A stretch of DNA of 64,000 bases from a bacterium (GTDB taxonomy: Bacteria; UBA8248), in the NCBI GenBank assembly GCA_965219955.1, contig OZ244799.1, positions 2,272,001-2,336,000 of the forward strand, written 5' to 3'. Positions within the stretch are counted from its first letter, which is position 1, and the number at the start of each line of letters is the position of its first letter. The notes below the pieces were generated by a model. The model searched no databases. It saw only the letters and a list, made by a program, of their open reading frames with translations, and was not told where the DNA came from. Below, piece by piece: positions 50,755-61,444 of the stretch. The position numbers and the translations under genes were made by a program.

Positions 50755-51688
50755 ACAGCCTAATCTAAAATCATCCTGGAATTTACGGACTTTGAAAGAT
50801 TTGTCACGCCTTCTAGGTGTAAAAGAAGAAATCATAAACGAGATTTCGAACTCAGCACACTTGATGTACCGGTCGCGAGAAGAACCAAAGAAATCTGGAG
50901 GAGCAAGACCAATAGATGTCCCTGGCAATAGATTAAAATGGATACAATCGACGATTAACAAGCGTTTATTGCAAAGGACCCTCGTCCATAAATCTGCAAT
51001 GGGTGGTATTCGAGGCAAACGATTAAAAGACAATGCTCAAAAACACGTTGGGAAAAATTTAGTTGCCAAATTCGATTTAGAAAATTACTTTTCGAATATT
51101 TCTCATCAGCAAGTCTACGATCGATTTTGCTCCATTGGATGCTCCCCTGATGTGGCTAGGGTTCTCACCAAACTAACAACATATAAAGGAAGAGTTCCAC
51201 AAGGAGCACCCACAAGTACTATGCTTGCGAATTTAGTAGCTGCATTTGCAAGAGACTGCAATAGTTTCAATGCAAGAATTGTTTCACTGGCTAAAAAGCG
51301 TCGTGCAACCGCTACTACTTGGGTTGACGATGTAACAATGTCAGGCCCGCGTAATATTCAAAAAGAAGCCAATACTTTCGAGAAAATTGCTAGGCAAAGT
51401 GGCTTCATACCAAACACTGATAAAAATGAATTCATAGGTAACAACCAACAACAATTCGTCACTGGAGCAGTTGTCAATCAAAAAGTAAGCGCCTCAAAAA
51501 AATACAGGAAAGCAATACGCGCGGAACTCCATCAACTCAAAGTTCATGGCCCAAGAAATATTTGTAAAGAGCCGATCAAAAAAATAAAGGAGCAGCTTCG
51601 GGGCAAAATTGCACACATAGACAACTTAAACCCCGAGCATGGTGAAAAACTTCTAAAAGAATTCAGCGCTATCGACTGGGACTCTTAA
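50741..51688 (+). CDS. Retron-type reverse transcriptase
   Basis: KKSGGAR-x-I, LKWIQ, NAQKH (region X NAxxH), FDLENYF, PQGAPTS, WVDD, VTG (region Y). Confidence 0.93.
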   Translation: MLQDKQPNLKSSWNLRTLKDLSRLLGVKEEIINEISNSAHLMYRSREEPKKSGGARPIDVPGNRLKWIQSTINKRLLQRTLVHKSAMGGIRGKRLKDNAQKHVGKNLVAKFDLENYFSNISHQQVYDRFCSIGCSPDVARVLTKLTTYKGRVPQGAPTSTMLANLVAAFARDCNSFNARIVSLAKKRRATATTWVDDVTMSGPRNIQKEANTFEKIARQSGFIPNTDKNEFIGNNQQQFVTGAVVNQKVSASKKYRKAIRAELHQLKVHGPRNICKEPIKKIKEQLRGKIAHIDNLNPEHGEKLLKEFSAIDWDS

Positions 51689-51711
51689 AAGTCACCAACC
51701 ATAAGACTGAA

Positions 51712-52068
51712 CTACCCAATCTCCTCAAGCTCCGCCGCATCCATCACGGGCCGAATGGGGTAGCCGCCCCGCAGGAATTCGGCGAGAAAACCCAGGTGTT
51801 CGGCGAGGGCTGACATGTGCGCGGCGGCGTAGCGCGAGGAGAGCGCGTCGGCTTTCCGCGCCAGGGCTTCGCGGGCGTCCGCGGCGGGGTCATCCTGTGC
51901 GGCGAGGGCGTTATAGGCGTCGAGCAGGGCGCGCACGTCTTCGTGCTCCCCTGCATAGCCTGTATTCAGCGCATAGGGGCTTCGTAAGATCAAATGGACG
52001 GGGTTTTGCGTGTTCGAGGACTGATCGAGCATGCAGCGGCTGCGCCTTTGGTCGTAGTTTTCGGGCAT
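51712..52068 (-). CDS. Hypothetical protein
   Basis: 118 aa ORF with GAGG SD, directly downstream of the MBL gene. Confidence 0.55.
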   Translation of the reverse strand: MPENYDQRRSRCMLDQSSNTQNPVHLILRSPYALNTGYAGEHEDVRALLDAYNALAAQDDPAADAREALARKADALSSRYAAAHMSALAEHLGFLAEFLRGGYPIRPVMDAAELEEIG

Positions 52069-52078
52069 GGCGTCCTCT

Positions 52079-52981
52079 TCAACCTCCCCTTGCGTCGTGG
52101 AGCGATATCCCCTGCTCGCCCCTCCCCTTGAACTCGTTGTAGAGCTTCATCACGGCCTGTTCGACGCGGTCGGGCTTCATCCACTCGGCATAAATCCCTA
52201 AGGGAATCTCGCGCGCGGCGCGTCTGGCGGGGATTCCCTCCTTGAAACGCTTTCGCGCCTCCCGGCGCACGAGCCGAAGGTAGCCCAGGGTTTTCTCGAG
52301 TGCACTCTTGTCCCCCGGCGGCCCGTGGCCCGGAACGACCGTCTCGACGGGGAAGGTTTTGAGTATCTTCTCCGCGACCCGTATCCACCCGCCGACGTGG
52401 GCGTCGAAGGTGGCGGGCGTGACGTAGTGAAAGCAGATGTCACCGGTGAAGAGAACACGCTCTTCGGGCAGATAGACGACCGTGTCGCCTTTCGAATGCG
52501 CGTGGCCCAGGTGGTGGAGTTCCACGACGCGCTTGCCCAGGCGGAGCGTCATGCCCCCCTCGTAGATGACGTCGGGAAAGCGCTGTTTGAGCCTTTTGAG
52601 TTCCGAGGCATATTCGGGGTTCACGCCCCGGTAGTGCGCGAGGTCGAGGCCCGTTTCCACCATCCGCTCGCGCATGTAGCGGTGTGCGATGACGGGGATA
52701 TCGTTATCGAACCAGATGAGGCCCAAGGTGTGATCCGCATGGTGGTGGGTGCAGACGACCTTGCGCACCGGCTTTCTGGTCGCTTTGAGGATGGCCTCCT
52801 GAAAGGCCTGCGTCATGGGGCGCACGTAGAGCGCGTCGACGACGAGCGCCTCATCGTCCCCCACGATGAGGCCTGCGTTCGAGACGTTCAGCCCGCCCGC
52901 CTGGATGTAGGCGTAGACGCCCGGGGCCATGCGCTGAAGCCCCGTCTTCCAGCTTGTGGGCACTTTCCGGGTTCCAGCCAT
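52079..52981 (-). CDS. MBL-fold metallo-hydrolase (cyclase-like)
   Basis: SNAG, THHHADH, AHSKGD, FTGD, VPGHG. Confidence 0.9.
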   Translation of the reverse strand: MAGTRKVPTSWKTGLQRMAPGVYAYIQAGGLNVSNAGLIVGDDEALVVDALYVRPMTQAFQEAILKATRKPVRKVVCTHHHADHTLGLIWFDNDIPVIAHRYMRERMVETGLDLAHYRGVNPEYASELKRLKQRFPDVIYEGGMTLRLGKRVVELHHLGHAHSKGDTVVYLPEERVLFTGDICFHYVTPATFDAHVGGWIRVAEKILKTFPVETVVPGHGPPGDKSALEKTLGYLRLVRREARKRFKEGIPARRAAREIPLGIYAEWMKPDRVEQAVMKLYNEFKGRGEQGISLHDARGG

Positions 52982-53106
52982 GCGCACCTCCTTTTCAGGC
53001 GCATCATTCTACACGATGGGAGCGATTGACCGCACGCCGCCTTACGGGCGACATTGGCCCCGAATTCAAAGCCGGGGTTTCAGCCGTTCACGCAAAGGGG
53101 GAGCAA

Positions 53107-53517
53107 ATGCAATTATCATTCGATCACGTGCACATTATTTGCAAGGACTTGGAGGGGATGGCCGCCTTTTTCGAGAAGATATTCGGCGGCGAGGTCATCT
53201 ACCGCGAGGAGAATTTCCACGGCGCGCCCAACGCCGTCGTGCGGGTCGGTGAAGCGAGGCTTTTCTTGAGAGGCGTGCGCCCGGGCGAGCGCATCGGGGA
53301 GAACCACGAGGACGCCGTGATGGGCCTCGACCACTTCTCCTTCGCCGTGGACGATATCCACGGACTCGCGGCGCAAATGAAGGCGGCGGGCGCGGACTTC
53401 ATCCGCGACCCCTCCCCCTCGGGCATGGGCGGCAGGACGACAGCCTATATCAGAGGCCCCGAGGACGTGCGGATCGAGCTTTCCGAGCGCGCGGGAGAGA
53501 CCTACGGCGGCGGTTGA
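53107..53517 (+). CDS. VOC/glyoxalase family protein
   Basis: FDHVHI, LDHFSFAVDD, GPEDVRIEL. Confidence 0.88.
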   Translation: MQLSFDHVHIICKDLEGMAAFFEKIFGGEVIYREENFHGAPNAVVRVGEARLFLRGVRPGERIGENHEDAVMGLDHFSFAVDDIHGLAAQMKAAGADFIRDPSPSGMGGRTTAYIRGPEDVRIELSERAGETYGGG

Positions 53518-53542
53518 AGCGCAGCTCAAGTCAAACAAAAAT

Positions 53543-53571
53543 AAACCCCCGGGCGTCAAACCCGGGGGTTT
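53543..53571. terminator. Probable bidirectional terminator between convergent genes
   Basis: AAACCCCCGGG / CCCGGGGGTTT 11-bp stem. Confidence 0.7.
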
Positions 53572-53591
53572 CATGTTCCGATGCGCAGGAG

Positions 53592-54737
53592 TTATTTGTG
53601 GTCGTAGCGGGCGGGCAGGCCGTTTCCGTTGAACTCGACCTGATCGCTCGCGCGCAGGTCGCCCGCGATGAATTCCTCGATCATCAGGCTCGCGACGGAA
53701 TCGGGCACCTGAACCGGGGGGTGCTTCATCAGATAGGCGCTCACCGGGTAGAGCGGCCCCGCCTCGCCCCGGTCGCGCGCGATGCGCGCCAGGCGAATCG
53801 CGTCGATGACGACGCCGCCCGAGTTGGGGGAATCCTCCACCGAGAGGCGCGCCTCGATCTCGAGCGGCACGCCTCCGAAGCCCTCCGCCTCGATCCGCAG
53901 GAAGCAGATCTTGTTGTCGTCCTGCCAGGGCACGTAATCGGACGGACCGATGTGGATGTCGTCCGAGTCCAGGGGTTCGGGCAACTGGCTCTGTACGGCG
54001 TCCGTTTTCGAGATTTTCTTGGACTTCAGGCGCGAGCGCTCCAGCATGTTCAGGAAATCGGTGTTTCCGCCCGTGTTCAACTGGTAGGTGCGCTTGAGCT
54101 TCACGCCCCTGTCCACGCACAGCCTGGCGAGCGTGCGGTGCAGGATGGTGGCGCCGAGCTGGGCCTTCACGTCGTCACCCACCACGGGTATTCCCGCATC
54201 GGTAAAGCGGCCCGCCCATTCGGGGTCCGAGACGATGAAGACCGGCATGCAGTTGATGAAGGAAACGCCCGCCGCGAGTGCGGCTTCCGCGTAGTGGCGC
54301 GCCGCCTGCTCGGAGCCCACGGGCATGAAGTTCAACAGAATTTCAGCACCACTCTCGCGAAGCTCCGCCGCCACGTCGCAGGGTTCGGCCTCGGCGGGCA
54401 GAAAAGAGCGATCCGAAGCGTATTCCGCCATGTGGGACGCCACGCCGTCGAGGATGGGGCCCATCCGCACGTTCACGCCGTAATCGGGCAGGTTCTCCCA
54501 GATGGTCTTCGTGCAGTTGGGCCTGGCGAAGGCCGCGGCGTGGAGCGGCTGGCCCACCTTGCGGACGTCGATGTCGAAAGCCGCTACGACCTCGATATCC
54601 TCCGGACCGTAGCCGCCCAGATCCCGGTGCATGAGGCCAAGCTCTTCCTCGGGATGGTGGCGGTAGTACTCGATGCCCTGTAGCAGGGAACTCGCGCAGT
54701 TCCCCACACCGGCGATGGCGATGCGAATCGGCGACAT
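53592..54737 (-). CDS. ino1: Inositol-3-phosphate synthase
   Basis: GVGNCASS, GDDVKAQLGAT, YQLNTGGNTDF, EDSPNSGG. Confidence 0.95.
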   Translation of the reverse strand: MSPIRIAIAGVGNCASSLLQGIEYYRHHPEEELGLMHRDLGGYGPEDIEVVAAFDIDVRKVGQPLHAAAFARPNCTKTIWENLPDYGVNVRMGPILDGVASHMAEYASDRSFLPAEAEPCDVAAELRESGAEILLNFMPVGSEQAARHYAEAALAAGVSFINCMPVFIVSDPEWAGRFTDAGIPVVGDDVKAQLGATILHRTLARLCVDRGVKLKRTYQLNTGGNTDFLNMLERSRLKSKKISKTDAVQSQLPEPLDSDDIHIGPSDYVPWQDDNKICFLRIEAEGFGGVPLEIEARLSVEDSPNSGGVVIDAIRLARIARDRGEAGPLYPVSAYLMKHPPVQVPDSVASLMIEEFIAGDLRASDQVEFNGNGLPARYDHK

Positions 54738-54967
54738 GTATGTGTTTCCTTTCCTGCCTTTGCAGTCGCTGGGGCCTCAGATGACGGATCCCAAATCGAG
54801 CCCATGCGTCAGGATTCCCGCCGTCGGCCACGCGCGTGCGGATTCAAATTCAGGTCAATCGATGCGAACGCTTACGTCCACAGAAAGGCGACTATATCCC
54901 AAAAATCACATTTTCTCCAAGAGGAGGAGAGAAAATGATTCCAGAGGGCCTCGGGCGGGATACGCGG

Positions 54968-55966
<999 letters not shown>

Positions 55967-56074
55967 GGATAACCTCCGGATTGCGGACTAAGCCGAGCAG
56001 AACAGGTTAAAAGATAGGCGATTATAAGGACTCCGGATTCGGGTTGTCCAGTCGAATGCGCAGATTCCCGCAAA

Positions 56075-56716
56075 TCATCCGCCGGAAAGCGCCTCCTGAC
56101 CATGCGGACAGCCTTTCAGGATCGGACAATCCGCGCACAGGGGCTTTCTCGCCGAGCAGCAGTTTCTCCCGTGATGGATCAGGAGCAACGTGACGCGGCC
56201 CCACCATTTTTTTGGCACGGCCTCCAGAAGCTGAAATTCGGCCTTCACCGGGTCGCGCGTCGATATCCAGCCCAGCCGGTTCCCGGTGCGCAGAACGTGC
56301 GTGTCGACGGCGATGGCGGGTTGGCCGAAGACCTCGTTCAGGACGACGTTGGCCGTCTTGCGCCCCACGCCGGGAAGGGTCACCAGATGCTCCATCTCGC
56401 CCGGCACCTCACCGCCGAACTCCTCCACGAGGCGCCGGCAGCACGCGCGGATGGATTTCGCCTTCTGGCGGTAGAAGCCGCATGAGTGAATCAGATCTTC
56501 CAGCTCAGCCGGCTCGGCCTTCGCATACGAGGCGGCGTCGGGATAGCGGGCGAAAAGAGCGGGGGTCACCATGTTCACCCGCTCGTCGGTGCACTGGGCG
56601 GAGAGCATCGTCGCCACGAGGAGTTCGAGCGGGTTCCGGTAGTCGAGCGCGCAGCGCGCGTCGGGATAGGTCTGCTCCAGAATGCGCAGAAGACGCGCTG
56701 GCGTGGATGCGGGCAT
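56075..56716 (-). CDS. nth: Endonuclease III
   Basis: LSAQCTD, LPGVGRKTAN, VDTHV, C-x6-C-x2-C-x5-C. Confidence 0.96.
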   Translation of the reverse strand: MPASTPARLLRILEQTYPDARCALDYRNPLELLVATMLSAQCTDERVNMVTPALFARYPDAASYAKAEPAELEDLIHSCGFYRQKAKSIRACCRRLVEEFGGEVPGEMEHLVTLPGVGRKTANVVLNEVFGQPAIAVDTHVLRTGNRLGWISTRDPVKAEFQLLEAVPKKWWGRVTLLLIHHGRNCCSARKPLCADCPILKGCPHGQEALSGG

Positions 56717-56807
56717 CGGGCTTCCTTTTCATGAGCGGTGATTCGGACTAGAATAGCGAACCTGATTCATATCGCCTAACAGCGTCAAGACAAAGGAGAG
56801 CGAACCG

Positions 56808-57047
56808 ATGGCCGACCCCAAAGTGGCCCAGAAAGCACCCTATATCTATAAACCGGAAAAAGACGAGAAAGTCGCCTGGTGCGCGTGCGGCCTGAGCCAA
56901 ACGCAGCCATTTTGCGACGGCTCGCACAAGGGTTCGGAGTTCCGCCCCATCGTCCTCGACGTTCAGGCGGGCAAGACGTGCGCCTTTTGCGGCTGCAAGC
57001 AGACGGGCAAGGCGCCCATGTGCGACGGCACGCACTCCATGATATAG
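56808..57047 (+). CDS. Tandem CDGSH iron-sulfur protein
   Basis: WCACG...PFCDGSH and FCGCK...PMCDGTH. Confidence 0.93.
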   Translation: MADPKVAQKAPYIYKPEKDEKVAWCACGLSQTQPFCDGSHKGSEFRPIVLDVQAGKTCAFCGCKQTGKAPMCDGTHSMI

Positions 57048-57077
57048 GGGTGAGGTTCTAAAGCAGACGATGAACAC

Positions 57078-57153
57078 GCGCGTGTAGCTCAGAGGATAGA
57101 GCGCCTGCCTCCGGAGCAGGAAGTCGCAGGTTCGACTCCTGCCACGCGCACCA
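57078..57153 (+). tRNA. tRNA-Arg(CCG)
   Basis: GCGCGTG/CACGCGC acceptor stem, CCTGC-CTCCGGA-GCAGG anticodon arm, GTTCGA T-loop, encoded CCA. Confidence 0.97.
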
Positions 57154-57313
57154 GGAATCGTGAACCCACAAGTGCCGGAGACCAGCCTCTCCGGCGTTTG
57201 TTTTACGGGAGTGCTCCCCGGCCCGCCGCTCCCTGTAATCAATCTCCCCCTTGACCCCCGTTGCCCATGCGGATAGGTTGACTTCCAAGCATCCAACGAG
57301 CGGAGAGGTTCCG

Positions 57314-58207
57314 GTGTTCGGCGAATACATCGACAGCCACAATCACATGCACGCCCTGAACTGGGACGAATGGGAACTGCTCGGCACGACGGGCATGCGC
57401 GCGGCGGTGCTCTCCTGCGGCAACCCCCATCTCTACCGCGAGGTGTGGGAGGAAGCGCCGGGTTACGACGACATCATGCGCTTCTGGGAGGGCCCCATCG
57501 ACATGGCCCGGGCTCTCGAGGCGCAGCACTTCATCCAGATCAGCTGCGCGGTCGGGATCAGCTCGATGACGCGGGTGACCGACTGGGAGAAGCTACTCGA
57601 GGAGATGCCCGGCTTTCTCGAAGACGAAAGCGTCGTCGCCCTGGGCGAGATCGGCCTCGACCCCACGCAGTATTTCTCCCTCACCTGGCCGATGGAAGAG
57701 CAGGCCGCGTGCCTCGAAGCGCAGGCGGAACTTGCGAAAAAGTACGACAAGCCCATCATCCTCCATACGCCGACGCCCAAGAAGAGCAAGGATTTTCTCG
57801 GCAACGTCGCCGTGCAGGCGGACGTGCCGCCCGAGCAGATCCGGCTCCACTACATGCAAAAAGACCTGGAAATCATCCGCAAGACCGGCTTCGATGAAGC
57901 CCGGGTCGCCGTCGATCACACCGACGCCACGACGGTCGAGCACATCCACGAACACACGCGCGCCATGTGCGCCATCAGCATCGGCAGCGCGCTCAGGCCG
58001 CTCCAGCCCGCGCAGGTCATCGAGTGGGTGGAGAGGTTCGGGCCGGACCGGATCATGCTGAACTCCGACCACCTGGGCTACCGGCCCATCGACATCCTCT
58101 CGGTTCCCAAGACGCTGCGCGCCATGCGAAACGCAGGGCTGTCGGATGAGGCGATCCGCAAGGTGTCTTTCGAGAACGCGAGAAAGTTCTACAACCTCAC
58201 CCTGTAA
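57314..58207 (+). CDS. TatD-family metal-dependent hydrolase
   Basis: IDSHNH, ALGEIGLD, IILHTP, VDH, LNSD, ENARKFY. Confidence 0.85.
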   Translation: MFGEYIDSHNHMHALNWDEWELLGTTGMRAAVLSCGNPHLYREVWEEAPGYDDIMRFWEGPIDMARALEAQHFIQISCAVGISSMTRVTDWEKLLEEMPGFLEDESVVALGEIGLDPTQYFSLTWPMEEQAACLEAQAELAKKYDKPIILHTPTPKKSKDFLGNVAVQADVPPEQIRLHYMQKDLEIIRKTGFDEARVAVDHTDATTVEHIHEHTRAMCAISIGSALRPLQPAQVIEWVERFGPDRIMLNSDHLGYRPIDILSVPKTLRAMRNAGLSDEAIRKVSFENARKFYNLTL

Positions 58208-58216
58208 GGACACACG

Positions 58217-59248
58217 ATGAACGAAACGCAGGACCCCTTCGAGTATTTCTTCGAGATGCCCTGGTCGGACGGGCTGCCCGTGGTGACGCCCACGCCCGAG
58301 CGCCTCGCCCGGATGCTGGCCGGCACGAGCCGGGACGCCGGCGAAGTTCTGGGAGACATCCCCCCCTCGCTGAACACGGCGACGGTGGAGAGCGTCGCTC
58401 TCCACGCGCTGATGGCGGGCTGCAAACCCGAATACCTGCCCGTGGTGCTGGGAGCTATCGAGGCCATGCTTATCGAGCGCTTCAACCTCGTGGGCATTCA
58501 GGCCACCATGTTCACCGGCGGTCCCCTGCTGATACTGAACGGCCCCTATGCCAAGGAGATCGGCGTCCACGGCGGTTCGGGGTGCTTCGGCCCCGGCTTT
58601 CGCGCGAACGCCGCCATCGGCCGGGCGATAAGACTCATCATGATGAACCTGGGCGGCGGCATCCCGGGCGTATCGGACATGAGCACCTTCGGCAGTCCTT
58701 CCAAATTCACCTACTGCGTCCGCGAGAACGAGGAGCAAAGCCCCTGGGCGCCGATGCCGGGCGATTTCGGTTTCGGGAAGGATGAGAACGTACTCACCGT
58801 CTGCAACGCCGAGGCGCCGCGCATGGCGATGGACGACGTGAGCGCCAAACCGGAAGGCGTCCTCACCACGCTCTCGAACACCATGTGCGCGATGGGCGCC
58901 ACGACGGCCTACACGCAGACGAACTGGGTGATCGTCGTCGCTCCCGATCACGCCGACATCCTGGCGAGAGGGGGCCTCAGCCGCGCGGACGTGAAGCGAG
59001 AACTCTTCGAGCGTGCGAGAATGCCCGTGGGCATCCTGAAAAAAGGCGGGCGCTACCGGGGTCCCGAGCTCTCGCGCTGGCCGGACTGGGTGGACCACGA
59101 CGACGATGATTCCCTCGCCCCCATGGTGCACGAGCCCGAAGACATCCTGCTCATCGTCGCGGGCGGCATCCCCGGCCCGTCCTGCCTCGTCATACCCGGC
59201 TGGAACACTTCGAGCCAGGCCATCACGCAGGCCTACCGCACGGATTGA
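58217..59248 (+). CDS. Conserved hypothetical protein (WSDGLPVV family)
   Basis: 343 aa with host-like codon pattern; WSDGLPVV-x-PT, MAGCKPEYLPVV, RANAAIGRA; function unknown. Confidence 0.75.
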   Translation: MNETQDPFEYFFEMPWSDGLPVVTPTPERLARMLAGTSRDAGEVLGDIPPSLNTATVESVALHALMAGCKPEYLPVVLGAIEAMLIERFNLVGIQATMFTGGPLLILNGPYAKEIGVHGGSGCFGPGFRANAAIGRAIRLIMMNLGGGIPGVSDMSTFGSPSKFTYCVRENEEQSPWAPMPGDFGFGKDENVLTVCNAEAPRMAMDDVSAKPEGVLTTLSNTMCAMGATTAYTQTNWVIVVAPDHADILARGGLSRADVKRELFERARMPVGILKKGGRYRGPELSRWPDWVDHDDDDSLAPMVHEPEDILLIVAGGIPGPSCLVIPGWNTSSQAITQAYRTD

Positions 59249-59281
59249 GGGGGGCATTCTTTCATCGAACGAGAATGGCCC

Positions 59282-59450
59282 GTAGGGGCGGACCTGCGTG
59301 TCCGCCCGCTTTTTCTCCGTAAGGGCCGTTCACGAACGGCCCCTATTTTTCGCGGACTTGATATCCGTCATTCCTCTGTCAATTCCGATTTATGGGAGAT
59401 TGCCCGGAGGTGGATAAAAATACCGGGCGGACACGCAGGTCCGCCCCTAC
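59282..59450. repeat. REP doublet (REPIN-like)
   Basis: GTAGGGGCGGACCTGCGTGTCCGCCC with inverted copy at about 59425-59450, plus an internal palindrome. Confidence 0.8.
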
Positions 59451-59648
59451 AAAACAAGCGCTCATCCAGGCCGAACACAGAGGTTCGCCCTTGCCCAAAT
59501 ACCCTTCTCGATTCCCTCCTCCATCTGGATCACGGAGCGCAAGGCGGCTATAATCGCCGCGTTCACCGATAAGACAATCAAATTTCGATGGCGGCTGCCT
59601 GCGCCGCCTGCACTCAAACATCTTCGATGAGCCGAGGAGAAAGACCGA

Positions 59649-61403
59649 ATGAGCGATTACAAGACCGAAGACAGAGACGGAATGCGCATCGACTGGGACG
59701 TCCCCATCCCCATGGAAGACGGGGTCGTCCTGCGCTGCGACGTCTACCGCCCCCAGGACGATGCGGGAAAATACCCCGTTATCCTGACGTATGGACCGTA
59801 TGGAAAATACCTCCACTTCGAGGACCTGTACGAGACCTGCTGGACGCGCATGGTCGAGCAACACCCCGACGTGCCGGCAGGCTCCACCAACAAGTACCAG
59901 AACTGGGAGGTCGTGGACCCCGAGAAATGGGTACCGGACGGCTACGTCTGCATACGGGTGGACTCGCGCGGCGCGGGCCGCTCGCCGGGCGTCATCGACA
60001 TCTGGTCGGCGCGCGAGGCGCAGGACTTGTACGAGTGCATCGAGTGGGCGGCGTTGCAGTCCTGGAGCACGGGCAAGATCGGGCTGAACGGCATCTCGTA
60101 TTACGGCATGAACCAGTGGCAGGTGGGCGGAATGCAGCCGCCCCACCTCGCCGCCATGTGCGTCTGGGAGGGCGCGGCCGATTTCTACCGGGAGATGGCC
60201 CACCACGGCGGCATCTTCTGCAACGGCTTCGCACGCAACTGGTCCGAGATGCAGGTCTACACCGTCCAGCACGGCCTCGGCACGCGCGGCTTCAAGAGCC
60301 GCTTCACGGGCGACTGGGTCTCCGGCCCCATCACGCTCACCGAGGAGGAACTCGGCGCCAACCGCCGGGACTTCGGCGAGGATTGCTTCTCCCACAAGCT
60401 CGACACCGACGAATACTGGCAGTCGCGGATGCCCGATTTCAGCAAGATTCAGGCGCCGCTCCTCTCTACCGCCAACTGGGGCGGGCAGGGTCTCCACCCG
60501 CGCGGGAACTTCGAGGGCTACCTGGAAGCCGGCTGCGAGGAGAAATGGCTCGAAGTCCACGGCATCGAACACTGGACGGAGTTCTACACCGACTACGGCG
60601 TCAACATGCAGAAGAAATTTTTCGGCCATTACCTGAAAGGCGAGGACACCGGCTGGCTCGACCAGCCCAAGGTGCTGCTCCAGGTGCGCCACCCCGGCGA
60701 GCGCTTCGTCGAGCGGCACGAGAACGAATGGCCGCTGGCGCGGACGCAATGGACGAAATACTACCTGAACGCGAACACTCACTCGCTAGAAAATGCCCCC
60801 GTAGCCGATGCGGCGACGGCGACCTACGCGGGCTTCAGCGAGGGCGTCACCTTCACCACGCCGCCCATTTCGGAAGAAACCGAAGTCACAGGCCCCATCG
60901 CGGCCAAGCTCTTCGTGTCGTCGGAGACGAAGGATGCGGACTTATTTCTAGTCGTGCGCGTCTTCACGCCGGACCTGGAAGAAGTCGTCTTCCAGGGCGC
61001 GCTCGATCCGCACACCCCCATCGCGCAGGGCTGGCTGAGAGCCTCGCACCGAAAACTGGACCCCGAGAAGTCCCTGCCCTACAGGCCGTATCACACGCAT
61101 GATGAGGAACAGCCCCTGACACCGGGCGAGGTCTACGAGCTGGACATCGAGGTCTGGCCGACCTGCATCGTCATCCCCGAGGGCTACCGGGTCGCCTTCA
61201 CGGTGCGCGGCAAGGACTACGTCTACCCCGGCGGGTCGGGCGGCGGCCTCTCCAACATGAAGAACGAGTTCACCGGTTGCGGGTGCTTCATACACAACGA
61301 CCCGAAGGACAGGCCGCCCGAGGTGTTCGGTAAGAACGTGACGCTCCATTGCGGCGGCGAGCACGAGTCCTACGTGATGCTGCCGGTGATTCCCGATAAA
61401 TAG
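59649..61403 (+). CDS. CocE/NonD family alpha/beta hydrolase, copy 1
   Basis: DVYRP, DSRGAGRSPG, GISYYG nucleophile elbow, GWLRASHR. Confidence 0.93.
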   Translation: MSDYKTEDRDGMRIDWDVPIPMEDGVVLRCDVYRPQDDAGKYPVILTYGPYGKYLHFEDLYETCWTRMVEQHPDVPAGSTNKYQNWEVVDPEKWVPDGYVCIRVDSRGAGRSPGVIDIWSAREAQDLYECIEWAALQSWSTGKIGLNGISYYGMNQWQVGGMQPPHLAAMCVWEGAADFYREMAHHGGIFCNGFARNWSEMQVYTVQHGLGTRGFKSRFTGDWVSGPITLTEEELGANRRDFGEDCFSHKLDTDEYWQSRMPDFSKIQAPLLSTANWGGQGLHPRGNFEGYLEAGCEEKWLEVHGIEHWTEFYTDYGVNMQKKFFGHYLKGEDTGWLDQPKVLLQVRHPGERFVERHENEWPLARTQWTKYYLNANTHSLENAPVADAATATYAGFSEGVTFTTPPISEETEVTGPIAAKLFVSSETKDADLFLVVRVFTPDLEEVVFQGALDPHTPIAQGWLRASHRKLDPEKSLPYRPYHTHDEEQPLTPGEVYELDIEVWPTCIVIPEGYRVAFTVRGKDYVYPGGSGGGLSNMKNEFTGCGCFIHNDPKDRPPEVFGKNVTLHCGGEHESYVMLPVIPDK

Positions 61404-61444
61404 GCGCGGAAGATGAAACTTCCCACTGACGAGATGAGGTGAAC

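Noticed and set aside
50741-51688. RT as group II intron, DGR or CRISPR-associated RT
   Set aside because: It is short, has no maturase or endonuclease domain, no template/variable repeat pair and no Cas1; NAxxH and VTG point to a retron.
57078-57153. tRNA-Arg as an integration site of a genomic island
   Set aside because: No integrase and no duplicated tRNA 3' end noticed within the window.
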